DNA from: Octopus vulgaris
Lineage: Eukaryota
Direction of reading: 5' to 3'
Length of the DNA stretch: 64,000 bases
Assembly: GCA_951406725.2 (NCBI GenBank)
Contig: OX597836.1
Location: 24,924,001-24,988,000 of the forward strand
Shown: piece after piece, positions 24,540 to 37,856 of the stretch
How positions within the stretch are numbered: the stretch's first letter is position 1
How the letters are laid out: each line of letters opens with the position of its first letter
The notes under the pieces: model-generated
Database searches by the model: none
Seen by the model: the letters and a program-made list of their open reading frames with translations, nothing else
What the model was told of the DNA's origin: nothing
Program-made: the position numbers and the translations under genes

Positions 24540-24890
24540 TCTTATTTACTTTTAATCTGCATCTTTGTTACAATTACCTGCCAAGACACACCCAGCATCT
24601 TAAGGTGAGTGATGGATAAGAGATCTCACAGTATGACTGAAAGCTTGGGGAGGAGAAGTAGCGAAATATCTTCATGTAATACAACACAGGCATTTAAATG
24701 GATAGGGTTTTTCTAAGGATGTCAGCAGTACTTGTCAGCACAATCTTTTGGATTTCTCTGAGACATGGTTCTCCTGGGATATTATCTAAATGTTTCTGAC
24801 ATCCCTTTTCTTTATCACACCTAGGACACCTACAATAAGAGCAACAGTTCTTGCTTTAAGATGCCATTTCTTCTGTATTTCAAATTCTTC
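24540..24890 (-). mobile_element. Second R4/Dong-type family, 3' fragment
   Basis: EIQKKWHLKARTVALIVGVLGVIKK/GCQKHLDNIPGEPCLREIQKIVLTSTADILRKTLSI* (one frameshift); 3' end runs into (AAT/AAC)n. Confidence 0.8.
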
Positions 24891-24956
24891 CAAGATCGAC
24901 CTTGCCCTTTTGCCTTTTTTTTGTGGGGGGGGGGGGAGGTCAATGAAATAAGTACC

Positions 24957-25187
24957 AATTTCTTTACTACCCACAAGGGGCTAAATACAGAGAGGACAAA
25001 CAAGGACAGACAAACGGATTAAGTCGATTATATCTACCCCAGTGAGTAACTGGTACTTATTTAATCGACCCCGAAAGGATGAAAGGCAAAGTCGACCTCG
25101 GTGGAATTTGAACTCAGAATGTAACGGCAGCCGAAATACGGCTGTGCATTTTGCCCGGCGTGCTAACGATTCTGCCAGCTTGCCGCC
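24957..25187 (-). mobile_element. SINE family B, full length
   Basis: Reverse complement of the 23325-23552 type. Confidence 0.88.
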
Positions 25188-26169
25188 CAAGGAAATAAGT
25201 ACCAGTTACACACTGGAGTCGATATAATCAACTGGTCCCTTCATCCTAAATTATTATTATTACAGAGCTTAATGTTAAATCCGTTGCTTGTGTGCACATG
25301 TGTGTGCGTGTATACGAGTATGCGATTGTTTATGTGTGTGCGTATGCATGCATGCCTCTGTGTGTGTTTGTGTGTGTGCACGTGCATGCGTGTGTATACA
25401 TGAAGGCTCCTATTTGTTGTTCAATGGCTCATATTGACCCATTATTGCAGTGAAAAAAACAGAAGGGTTGTGGATGTGTCTTTTATTTTAGCTTTTGACT
25501 TTTACTTAGTCCAAAGAGAGAAAGGCCTTTGAAGAAGCTATCCTCAAATCAAAGACTGATCCAGGATGCTTTCAGCGGTATGGATTTTTCTAAAGGCACC
25601 CATAGACCAAATGAGGGTGTCAAACAGGGTAGTGAATCAACCCTTTAACATTCAGATTACTCTGTCAAATGTAACCCTAATTTATTCACATTGTTTTGAA
25701 TTAACCATGTGCTTGATCTTGTAGCTATAAAAATTCAAAAATGTGATTGTTTATTTTTAGAACGACATTGCAGGGTAAGTGTGACAGGCCAGATCTTGCC
25801 AATTTGAACATAAAACAATACCTTCAACACAGACACAATCCTTTTATGGGTTTCCAAATTTCATTTACAAGATTTTGGCCAACCAGAAGCTAAGAGGCTT
25901 GTTCAAGGTACCATACTCAGAATGTAATGGCAGACAAAATACTGCTAAGTATTTTGCTCGGTGTGCAAACGTTTCTGCCAGCTCGCCGCCTTGCTTACAA
26001 CTGTTTCTGTTATAAAGGAACTATGCAGTTGAGTTGAGTGCCTGTGTGACATTTTATGGCTTCCTCAGAGCCATTTTAAATGAAATGCAATGACAGCTCT
26101 GAGCGCACAGTTCCTTAAAGCAAAAACAACTGTAAGCTAATGAGAGTGACTGTGTAACACCTGTTCTTT

Positions 26170-26572
26170 TGTCGTGGCCGTTGCCAGCCTCGCCTGGCCC
26201 CCATGCCGGTGGCACGTAAAAGCACCATCCGCTTGCGTCAGTTGCCAGCCTTGCCTGGCCCCCGTGCCAGTGGCACGTAAAAGCACCATCCGTTTGTGTC
26301 CGTTGCCAGCCTCGCCTGGCCCCCGTGCTGGTGGCACGTAAAAGCACCATCCGTTCGTGGCCGTTTGCCAGCTCTGTCTGGCACCTGTGCGGGTGGCACG
26401 TAAAAAGCACCCACTACACTCTCGGAGTGGTTGGCGTTAGGAAGGCATCCAGCCGTAGAAACACTGCCAGATCTGACTGGGCCTGATGCAGCCTTCCGGC
26501 TTCACAGACCCCAGTTGAACCGTCCAACCCATGCTAGCATGGAAAACGGATGCTAAATGATGATGATGATGA
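26170..26572 (+). mobile_element. SINE family C with four internal 61-bp tandem units
   Basis: Unit gttgccagcctcgcctggcccccgtgccggtggcacgtaaaagcaccatccg repeated 4 times, then the standard 3' end and (tga)n. Confidence 0.88.
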
Positions 26573-27064
26573 ATATCAGGCTCTGTAAAGGCAGCAAGCT
26601 GGCAGAATGGTGAGCATGCTGGGCAAAATGCATGATGGTATTTTGTTCGTCTTTGCATTCAGAGTTCAAATTCCATTGAGGGTGACTTTGTTTTCTATCT
26701 CTCCAAGGGTTGATAAAATAAGTAGCAGTTGAGCACTGGGTGGTTGATGTAATCGACTTTCACTCTCTGCCAAAATTGCTTGTCTTGTGCGAAAATTTGA
26801 AAGTAATATCAAGCTCTGCACTGACCAGCTGGTCAATATAAGAGTCCTGAGTAGAGAATATCAGGCAATTCTTGCTGGACCTGGCTAATTCTGTACAGTT
26901 CTCACAATACACACAATGACTATATGTGTGTGTGTGTGTATGCAGGTACTGGTGTGGGTGTGTGGTAAGGTTCAGTTCCACCTTGGGCAAGTGTCTTCTA
27001 CTATAGCTTGGGGCTGACCAAGGCCTTAAGTGGATTTAGTAGATGGAAACTGAAAGAAGCCTGT

Positions 27065-27094
<30 letters not shown>

Positions 27095-27097
<3 letters not shown>

Positions 27098-27243
27098 TCA
27101 TCATCATCATCATCATCATTTAGACGTCCGTTTTCCATGCTAGCATGGGTTGGACGGTTCTGCTGGGGTCTGTGAAGCCAGAAGGCTTCATCAGGCCCAG
27201 TCAAATCTGGCAGTGTTTCTACGGCTGGATGCCCTTCCTAACG

Positions 27244-27247
<4 letters not shown>
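27095..27247 (-). mobile_element. SINE family C 3' part, inverted relative to 26435-26572
   Basis: Near-identical reverse complement; ORFs 26437(-) and 27145(+) share the same peptide. Confidence 0.85.
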
Positions 27248-27317
<70 letters not shown>

Positions 27318-27474
27318 CATATATATATATATTTATGTATATATATGTATATATATATTTATGTATATATATGTATATATATATATGTATATATATATAT
27401 ATTTATATATAAATATATATAATTATATATATATGTACAAATATATATATATATACATAAGTATATATATATAT

Positions 27475-27691
27475 TCCTTTACTCTTTTACTTGTTTCAGT
27501 TATTTGACTGCAGCCATGCTGGAGCACTGCCTTTAGTCGAGCAAATCGACCCCAGGACTTATTCTTTGGAAGCCTAGTACTTATTCTATCGGTCTCTTTT
27601 GCCGAACCGCTAAGTTACAGGGACGTAAACACACCAGCATTGGTTGTCAAGGGATGTTGGGGGTGGTGGTGACAAACACAGACACACAAAC

Positions 27692-27750
<59 letters not shown>

Positions 27751-27912
27751 CATATATACGACGGGCTTCTTTCAGTTTCTGTCTCCCAAATCCACTCACA
27801 AGGCTTTGGTAGGCCCGAAGGTATAGTAGAAGACATTTCCCCAAGGTGCCACACAGTGGGACTGAACCTGGAACCATGTGGTTGGTAAACAAGCTACTTA
27901 CCACACAGCCAC
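27475..27912 (-). mobile_element. SINE family A, full length
   Basis: Matches the family consensus within this window. Confidence 0.9.
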
Positions 27913-28029
27913 ACATGCCCAAATCTCGCGCATTCCTTGAACTACATAACAACAAGGCATGAAATGACATAAGAAGTGCATCTACACTGATATAATGTGT
28001 GTGTGTGTAGGAGATGGGTTGAACTGGAC

Positions 28030-28642
28030 ATGATAAGAGAGAGAGGGAGAGAGTGAGAGACAGAGGGGGAGAGAGAGTGGATGAATAGGAAGAAGGGGTT
28101 GTTTGGAAGAAAGGTGTGAGGAAGAGGAAAGAGGAAGGCTTCGCAAGAAAGAGGAAAGAATAGTTGATAGGAGAGAAGAGAAGATAAAGAGAGGGAAAGA
28201 GTGAGAGAAAGAGAGAGGAATGAGAGTAAGAGGAGTAGGAGATGTTAGAGAGAAAGTGAGATAAGGGAGTGTGGAAGTAAAGAATTAAGAGAAAGATAGG
28301 GAGGGACAAGGGAAAGGCAGGGTTGATAGAGAGGCAGAAGAGATGGGGGAAAATATAGATATGGGAGACGTTATAGATAGTGAGTAAGAGAGTGTGAGGA
28401 AGAGAGAGAGAGAGAGAGGGAGGGAGGGAGAGTTGAGAGTAAAGGCGGGAATGGGAAGGTATGAAATAATGAAGGGGATAAAAGAAGGGAGGGAATAGTA
28501 AGAGAATGAGAGAGAGAGAGAGGGGGAGAGAATGTACTTGCAGGTGGTTTGTAAGGAAGGGAAAGAGAGTGAGACAGATAAGTTGATTGAGTTTTGGAGA
28601 CAATTAAAGAGTGGAGCTATCGAAATAGGTTGGATAGACACA

Positions 28643-28706
<64 letters not shown>

Positions 28707-28834
28707 TAACATAATCATTATAATACAGACACACACACACACACAATATATATATATATATATATATACATATATATTCAAGGCGGTACCCCAACATGAC
28801 CGTAATCTAATGACTGAAACTAGTAAAAGATAAA

Positions 28835-28873
<39 letters not shown>

Positions 28874-28881
28874 GAAAGAAT

Positions 28882-28928
<47 letters not shown>

Positions 28929-29535
28929 TGTGCACACGCATTATAGACACATATATGCTTACTATATACACACATAGATGCGTACATTATAGACACATAT
29001 ATACAGATTATATATAGACATACACACTGTATACACACATATACACATTGTACACACACACATGCACGCACACGTTATATGTATAAATAGAGAGGTGGGA
29101 TGTCAAAGGAAAATGTTCAGAAAAAAAGTGATGGTGGGAATAAAAGGGGAAGAAAGAAGGAAACCATAATTGTGAGAGAAAAGGAAAAGGTGGAGAAGAG
29201 ATAGAGAAGTGAAAGAGAAAGTGATAGAGACTTAGAAGAAGGACGAAATATATAGAGGAACGTGTGGATAAAGAGGGAGAGAGAGAGAGGGAAATAGCGA
29301 ACACAAGAAAGAAAAGGGAAAAAAGTTGGATAGGTAAATTGAGAGAGAGAGAGAAAGTGAGAGAAAGACAGTTGGGTAGATAAAGAGAGAAAGTGAGAAG
29401 GGGAAAAGGAAAAAAAGAGAGAAAAAGAGAAAGCTGGGTAGATTGAGAGACAGAAAGAGAGAAAGCTGGGTAGTTAGAGGGTTAGGTAGATATATAGAAA
29501 ACTAGGTAGATAGAGACAGCTAGCTAGACAGATAA

Positions 29536-29591
<56 letters not shown>

Positions 29592-29752
29592 GGAGATTGA
29601 TAGATAGTAAAGGTAAAGAGAAAGATATAAGGAAGCATCTGTGTTGGTGAAAATAGTGGAGAGAGAGAGGAGATCTTGTGATGTTTCACATGCTAGCTTC
29701 TCCAAACATTATTAATTGGTTCGTGTGGAGGGAAATGATAGAGTGACAATGT

Positions 29753-29792
<40 letters not shown>

Positions 29793-30034
29793 GTGACAGG
29801 CAATAAGAATGACACTAAGAGAATGTCTACAAGTCTGTGTGAACTGATATAGGGGAGAAGGGGTTCAACATGAATGAATGAAAATAGCGAGATCAATAGA
29901 TAGATAGATGGATGGGTAGAAAAATAGGTAGGTAGGTAGGTAGGTAGGTAGGTAGGTAGGTAAGAAGATGAATTGGTAGATAGGCAGTAGGTGGCTGGGT
30001 AGAGGTATACAAGTTGGTAACTAGGTAAGCTGAT

Positions 30035-30073
<39 letters not shown>

Positions 30074-30600
30074 GTGTGTGTATACGCACACAAACGCACA
30101 CGTTGGTAGATAGGTGTGTGTTGCAGAGAGTAGAGAATACAGAACAGATATACACATATATATATACACACACACACACATATATATATAGAGAGAGATA
30201 TGTGTTTACTCCGGTATATAGATAGATAGATAGATAAACAGGTACACAGAGACATGAATAGATAGATGGATTGATACATCTTTCGGTTGGTAGATAGTTA
30301 CTTTGATAGACATTGATAAATAGATAGATAGATAGAGAGAGAGAGATAGATAGATAGAGAGAGAGAGAGAGGGAAAGAAAGAAAGAAAGAAAAGTCAGTC
30401 GTAGTGGAACAGGTGGATTGCTATAAAGAAATTATAATATAGCTACAAAGAATGAGAGAGAGAGAAATAGTAACCGAGAGAAAGAAAGTACAGAAGAAGG
30501 AAGTTAGAAAAAGCCGACATGTAAATTGAAAGAGAAGAATAAGATCGATTCTTAAGAAGAGAGAAAGACGAAGAGAAAAACTAGAGAAAGAATGGAAATA
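28030..30600. repeat. Purine-rich low-complexity region with (GA)n, (GATA)n, (GGTA)n and (TA)n
   Basis: Strong A/G strand bias with embedded microsatellites. Confidence 0.9.
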
Positions 30601-30858
30601 AATTTAAATATCAAATAACAGATGCAGTGCCAGATATAATGCAATAGTAACGGATTGTATGTATGTTGTTATAGCTGTGTGTGTATGAATACAAGAGTGT
30701 TCCCCTAGGTATGTATGCACGCACGCACACACAATATCGAAGGATTTGAAAGAAAGACGCACGAAAAAGATCAACTCAGAATGAATAAAGGAAAAGAAAA
30801 ACATGTAATTTGAAAAGAAAAAAAAAGAAATAAGAAGCAGAATAAAACGGCAAGACAC

Positions 30859-30890
<32 letters not shown>

Positions 30891-31518
30891 TGAGAGAGAG
30901 GGCAGACGCACAGAGACACACATACAGAGACACATACATAGAGAGAGAAAGAGAGTAGAGGTCAGGGGTCATGATGGCGACGCTTCCTAGTAGTAGTTGT
31001 AAGAGCGTGGCATGTTTGAGAAGAAAGAGATGGATGGAAGAGAGATATAGCGAAAATAAACACCATCGTTAATACAACATAACGACGGACGAACCGACAT
31101 GGGAGCCTCTAGGAGCATGGTCGCTCAGAATGCGAGAAATAGCAGTCAACTATTCACAAAATCCCACATGACTTGACTGGATAACGTAATCCTTCCTAGA
31201 TACACGAAGCCTGAATAAATGACGGCGGTGGTAGGGGTCGTGCCTGGAACGCCATGACCCTACCACCGTCTATTTAATAAGTATTGACCTGGAGCTAAAC
31301 GTGGCGCTTCGACGTGGTCGCCTGACCTGCTAGAAATAACAACTAAGTCTTCCTTAAATCATATCCTTTCTGTCGTATATGTGAAGTCCCGAGGTAGCTC
31401 GCAAAATAGCGGGTTGTTTACAGTTGAAATCCCTTTCATCAAAGATTTGATTGATCCGCGCTGACCCAGGGTTAAATAACAATACTTAAAAAAACCCCAA
31501 TACGTATGTATGTATGTA

Positions 31519-31555
<37 letters not shown>

Positions 31556-32427
31556 ATGTATGTGTGTGTGTGTATGTGTGTATGTATGTATGTATGTATG
31601 TATGTATGTATGTATGTATGTGTGTGTGTATGTATGTATGTATAGTGTGTGAGTAATAAGCATAAATTATAAACCCCATATATGTGTTTATACACACACG
31701 GACATACATTTCGTAGATATAGGAAATATTTCTTTGTGCAAAGGTTATTAGCAAAGAATTTAATATAATTATGAAAAAAAAAATGATAATAATTTCACTG
31801 TAATAATGTAATTAACTATAATAAACTAAACATCACCAACTACACACGCACACAGACATATGTGTGTGTGTATGTATGTGTGTATGTATGTGTATGTGTG
31901 TGTGTGTGTGTGCAGAGAGGGGAAAAGAATGAAAGAAAATGAAAAGTGGTTGAATATTTTGAAAAAAAATGAAGAGTTGTATGGGAGAAAAGAGGAAACG
32001 AAGCAATTGTATGAAGAAGATGAAAGGAACGAGGGAGGGAGAGAGAGAGAGAGAGAGACAGACTAACACATACATACATACATATCTTTATATATAAATA
32101 TACATATATATGTGTGTGTGTGCGTGTAACGGAAAGTGTGTAGTGGGTGTAGGTGAGAGGAGGAGAAAAAGAAGTAGTGGCATCTTAAAGGGCCGTCGCT
32201 CAGTTTCGTAAGTATAATCAGTAGTTTCTGTCGAAAGAGAAATAGTAGTAGTAGTAGTGGTAGTGGCTGAGAGTGGGAGGAGTAAGAGGAAGAGATGACG
32301 ACGGTGAGTGTGGAACTACTCACACACACACACACACATACACGCACACACATCACATTGTCGTTTATAATGTTTCTGCTGCACGCACTGGCGTCATTTA
32401 ATTAAGGATTTACATAGTGATATATAT

Positions 32428-32458
<31 letters not shown>

Positions 32459-32696
32459 ATATTTAATTGGTAAGTCCCTGCTTCGTTTATTGTTTTAAAA
32501 TAATTTAGCCAGATTCTACTAAAATTCACCCTTGTTATTGCGAGAACAATAATCGTTTCTTTATTATCATTATGAGTAATACATAATTTTTCTTCTGTTA
32601 ATTCTTAATATTACACCATATTTCGTTTAGAACTGTTTTAAACAGTAATTTCGATTGGAGAAATGTTTGTATACACGTATGTATATATATATATAT

Positions 32697-32746
<50 letters not shown>

Positions 32747-33122
32747 CACACACTCGTACACACATCTATTTATCATCTCTAACTATACAGCCGTCTGTGT
32801 GTTATGTACCCACCTCCTTTTTAACGATCAAGTAGGTGTTAAGGTGCTCGTTTTTTTTTCTCCCCTCTTAGGTTCACTGCAGCCGCTGAAGGAGCTGATA
32901 AGGGTTAAGGCAGGGGGTAAAAACGCTGGGCCCCACATTCATCCTCTACCACTATTTCTAACACTTTGAGGTAGTTTTTTTTTTTTACCTGCCTCCTTTT
33001 TCGCTTCTCTTTACAAACTTCCAACGCTATACATACATACATACATACATACATAATTAAATTCATTTACATATACCCAGTTCTATACATATAATACAAG
33101 AGAGGGTACATTAGTTCCAAAG

Positions 33123-33157
<35 letters not shown>

Positions 33158-34554
33158 TATATACACTCACACACCAGTTATATAGTTGCATTTCGTATAA
33201 GTGGTCGGTATGATTATTTTGTAAATAGCTGTAGAAGAATTTCAGTTGATAGATGGAAGACGGGTATACTATTCGTATGTATAATGTATACATGTTAATT
33301 TGTGTATAATATGTAAATATTAACGTGTACATGATGTATTGAAATTAATTAATATACAGTTAATTTGGGTATTTGATGCATGTATATACGGGGTCTTTTT
33401 GTTTTCTTTTACTTTTTCCTGCCGTTGCTGTAAAATTTATTCATATGTCTGTAATGTTCTTCGAACCAACCATCATCGTCTCCTATATCCAATTCTCTCT
33501 GTCCACATATTGGCTGTGAAAGAAGGTTCTTGTCACATCCACCCGTCCTGATGTTCTGTATACACACACAGCGATGGCGTTAGTCAAATGCACCACACGC
33601 ATACACCTGCATGTGTGAAGAAGGGTTTGGACGCAAACCTCTCTAAGTTTTTGTGTACATGACAATATGTATACCATGTATGCGTGTGTGTATGTATACT
33701 TTTCTACATGTATGGCTTTGTGTATTTCTATATGTCCATGTATAACTCTATCTACATATTTATATGTATTCCTGTTTCTACATCTCTCTATATATGCTTG
33801 TGTGTGTGTTTGTACATGTTTATAAGTATGCCCGTGTGTTTACATGTCTATGTATGCTTGTCTATATGTATTCCTCAGTGTGTGTATGCTTCTCTGTGCG
33901 TGTGTGCATACATTCTATGTCTATTTGTCTCTGAGTGTACATATGTATGCGTGCATATGTCAGTATGTGTTATTGTACGTCTGTTTGTATGCTTTATGTG
34001 TGTGTGTGTGTATGTGTGTATGATTCAGTCGGTATTGCTGTGTACGTGTGCCTCTCAATGTGTAGGTGCGCACACATCCATGAGTGTGTATGTATGTATG
34101 TCTCGACCATTATAATTTGTGTAACTATGTTTATATGCAACGGTTAATGTGTGTATAGCTGCCTACCAATGTATGTATGCCTGTGTGTGTGAGCAATGTT
34201 AGTATCAGCCAGTGTATATAACCATACACGCACACATGTATACACCTAAAAACACATACACGTGTATGAAAATATATGCCTACATGTATGTATATGTGTA
34301 TTGTATATCTGGATTTATGTAATTATTTTCCTTGTTTGAAATATTTGTGTACATATGTATATACATAGCTATCGTTCATCTTTATGCAAACTGTCGTATG
34401 TATATAAACAGCACACACACACTTAATGTATGTATATATGTATATACTGACATAGTACATATATATATATACACATCATATACATATTATACAAATATAT
34501 GTATATTTATATGTTTAAATATACATAGTACACACACACACACACACATGAAAC

Positions 34555-34900
34555 AGGCGCAGGTTTTGACTGTGTGGTAGGTAGCTTGCTTCCCAACCAT
34601 ACGGTTTCGGGTTCAGTTCCATTGCTTTCTACTATAGCCCTGGGCCGACCAAAGACTTGGTAGATGGAAACTGAAAGAAGCCTGTTGTAAATATTATCTG
34701 TGTGTGTTTTTATGTTTGTCTCCCCACCATTGCCACTTGCAACCGGCATTGTTTTGTTTACGTATCCCTAACTTAGCGGTTCAGCAAAGAGACACCGATA
34801 GAGGAAGTGAAAAAAGTATTTGGGTCGATTTGTTCAACTAAAACCGTTCGATGCAGTGTTCCAGCTTGGCCGCAGTCTAATGACTGATACAAGTAAAAGA
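34555..34900 (+). mobile_element. SINE family A (older, internally deleted)
   Basis: aggcgcagg..tgtgtggta..gggttcagttcca ... aatgactgatacaagtaaaaga. Confidence 0.8.
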
Positions 34901-36165
34901 TGTATATTTTTATTTGTTGATTCTGAAGAAGAATCTGGTACCATTGTCCACAGCAGACCTTCAAGACTAGTGAAGTAGGGTGGTGGGGGTTGCAGGGGTG
35001 GGAGTAGGGATGGCTGGTGCTAAATGTTCTGTTTAAAGGACCACAGACAAACTCTTGCAGGGGGGGGGGGGGTGCAATATTCTGGGGGTAGAAAGGACGG
35101 TGCAGGGAGTGCATGTACATATAGGAAGTTGGAATTAAAGATGGAAAGATTAATGGAGCAGGGTACCTGAATGGTAGAGGTATGAAGCCAGCAACTTTCT
35201 TGAAGTGAAGGCCATTATGTGTGTGTGTGTGCATAGCTAACCTCAATATGAGCTTCACTAGGTACATCTTCCAAATTTTATTGAAGCAGTTATTCTCTGA
35301 AGGTGCTCAACATCTAATTAGTTGAGGTTATGATCAATATGCATAATCTGAAATAAATATGCAAGAAATAAATGAATCTCAGATATATTCCTGTAAAGAA
35401 AAATGGGTGTATATTTATGTTAGTGTAATCTTCCAGGACATCAGGATGTTTCTATGATTCTTTGTTTCTTCAGATAGTGTAGAGACAGCTTCTTGTGAAG
35501 CCATTCCATAAATTGCAATTGGCCACAAAGAATGAAAGATAAATTGAGTAAAACACACAGGTGTATGATACAAGCAAATCTACATTATCATTAGACAATA
35601 GACGAAGCCACATTCCATATTAAAATTTCATCTAATTAGCATGGAGTTACCATCATCATCATCACAATGTCCACTCTTCCATGCTTGCATAGATCAGGCA
35701 TATTTTCATTGCGGTGGATTTTACTACAGATAGATGGATGCCTTCCCTGTTCCCAACCTTTGCTCATTTCCAAATTATATTTCACCTTGACCAGACATGT
35801 TTTCGCAGGAAATTGGAAATGAATGACAACTGCCTGCTTGACCGCAGCACTCTGCTATCACATGATGTCAAGGCAATTGGACAGTAATATAAACATTCAC
35901 ACACACACACACAGGTGTCAATGTTATTATGCTGCAGAGAAAGCTGCACAATACTGTCAAGTGGGATAACATTTATTCAAAGGTGAGTCTAGAGTGGAAT
36001 CATTACTCAGAATTTCTCCTTCCTTGTCTCCAGGTGACTAGGAGACCTGAAGGTTAGGAATGAGGTAGGTTAACCAAGGAGCTACTCAGGCAGGCTAAGC
36101 ATTGAATAAATGGTATATGTGCATATGTGCATGCACGTGTGTATGTGTGTGTATATATATATATA

Positions 36166-37200
36166 TACTCTTTTACTCTTTTACTTGTTTCAGTCATTTG
36201 ACTGCGGCCATGCTGGAGCACCGCCTTTAGTCGAGCAAATCGACGCCGGGACTTATTCTTTGTAAGCCCAGTACTTATTCTATCGGTCTCTTTTGCCGAA
36301 CCACTAAGTGACGGGGACATAAACACACCAGCATCGGTTGTCAAGCGATGTTGGGGGGACAAACACAGACACACAAACACATACATATATATACATATAT
36401 ACGACAGGCTTCTTTCAGTTTCCGTCTACCAAATCCACTCACAAGATATATATATGCATACACACACACACATACACATATATATATGTTGTTTCAGTTT
36501 TTAGACTGTGGCCATCCTGGGGTACAGCCTAGAAGAATTTTAGTCAAACAAATTAACCCCACTACTTATTTTTTTAAAGCCTGTTATTTACTCTATCAAT
36601 CTCTTTTGCCAAACAGCTAAGTTATGGGAATGTAAACACACCAACACCAGTTGTCAAGCAGTGGATGGGGGCAAACACGGATGCAAAAACACACACACAC
36701 AAACAAATGAACTAAAGGGGTATGATACACACACACACTCTTTTACTTGTTTCAGTCATTTGACCGTGGCCATGCTAGGGCACCATCTTTAGTCGAGAAA
36801 ATTGACCCCAAGACTTATTCTTTTTAAGCCTAGTACTTATTCTATTGGTCTCTTTTCTGCCGAACCGCTAAGTTATGGGGATGTAAACACACCAGCATCA
36901 GTTGTCAAGCGATGTTGGGAGGACAAACACAGACACACACATACCGTTTCGAGCGGAGCTCTTCATCAGAAACATAGGAGAAGGAAGATCCAGAGAAGGG
37001 AAGACAGAGAAAAAAAATCGCCAACGGTACACACGCAGTCACATTTCGAATCATACATACATACATGATGACGTCTTTTAGTTTCTGTATACCAAATCCA
37101 CTCACAAGGCTTTGGTTGGGCAGGGGTTAGAGTGGAAGATACTTGCTCAAGGCACCATGTGGTAGGGAATCAAACTTCTTACCACACCACCATTCTTGTG
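36166..37200 (-). mobile_element. Cluster of SINE family A copies (36166-36445, 36490-36690, 36738-37200)
   Basis: Repeated ttttacttgtttcagtcatttgac.. ends. Confidence 0.85.
36944..37052 (-). mobile_element. Penelope-like terminal fragment with hammerhead core, inserted in the (CA) tract of a SINE A copy
   Basis: Minus strand tttCTGATGAa-gagc-tcc-gctc-GAAAcgg; truncated before the cleavage triplet. Confidence 0.6.
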
Positions 37201-37856
37201 CCTATAACACATGGCTGTGATGTTAAGATGATGAATCCTTTGTAGTTCCAAGCAAGTGTTTTCTATGGTACCTTGTGAATGGATTAGTCAGATGAGCACT
37301 AAAAGAACCATTATGTTGATATTCATAAACATATATATGCATGTGTATTTCCTATTTTGAGAATGTGTTTGTTTGTACACATTGCCTTCATGAAGTGCAT
37401 CTGGGGATTGCATTTATAGGATGACATTCTGTGCTAATGAATACTGAACCATAGCAAATGAACTAAAGGGGTACCATGTCCAAACCCATGTCTTTTTTTT
37501 CCTTCTCATTTTTGATGTGCTTTTATCTTATAGACAGCATCAGCCTGCGCAGGACCCCGGGTGAATATGAGATTTAACAATAAGAGCTGAAACCTGGGCA
37601 GAACAATTGTTACCTGCTGAGGGCATCCAGTCCTATGTGTTTGAGCTGGCAGAAACGGTAGCAGTATTTTGTCTGCCGTTACGTTCTGAGTTCGAATTTC
37701 GCCAAGGTTGACTTTGCCTTTCATCCTTTTGGGGTCGATTAAAACAAGTACCTGTTAATCACTGGGGTCGATGTAATCGACTTAATCCCCTTGTCTGTCC
37801 TTGTTTGTCCCCTCTACGTTTAGCTCCCTGTGGGCAATAAATATATATATATATAT

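Noticed and set aside
26170-26412. CRISPR-like regularly spaced palindromic repeats
   Set aside because: The whole 61-bp unit repeats with no unique spacers, it is part of a SINE, there are no cas genes, and the context is eukaryotic.
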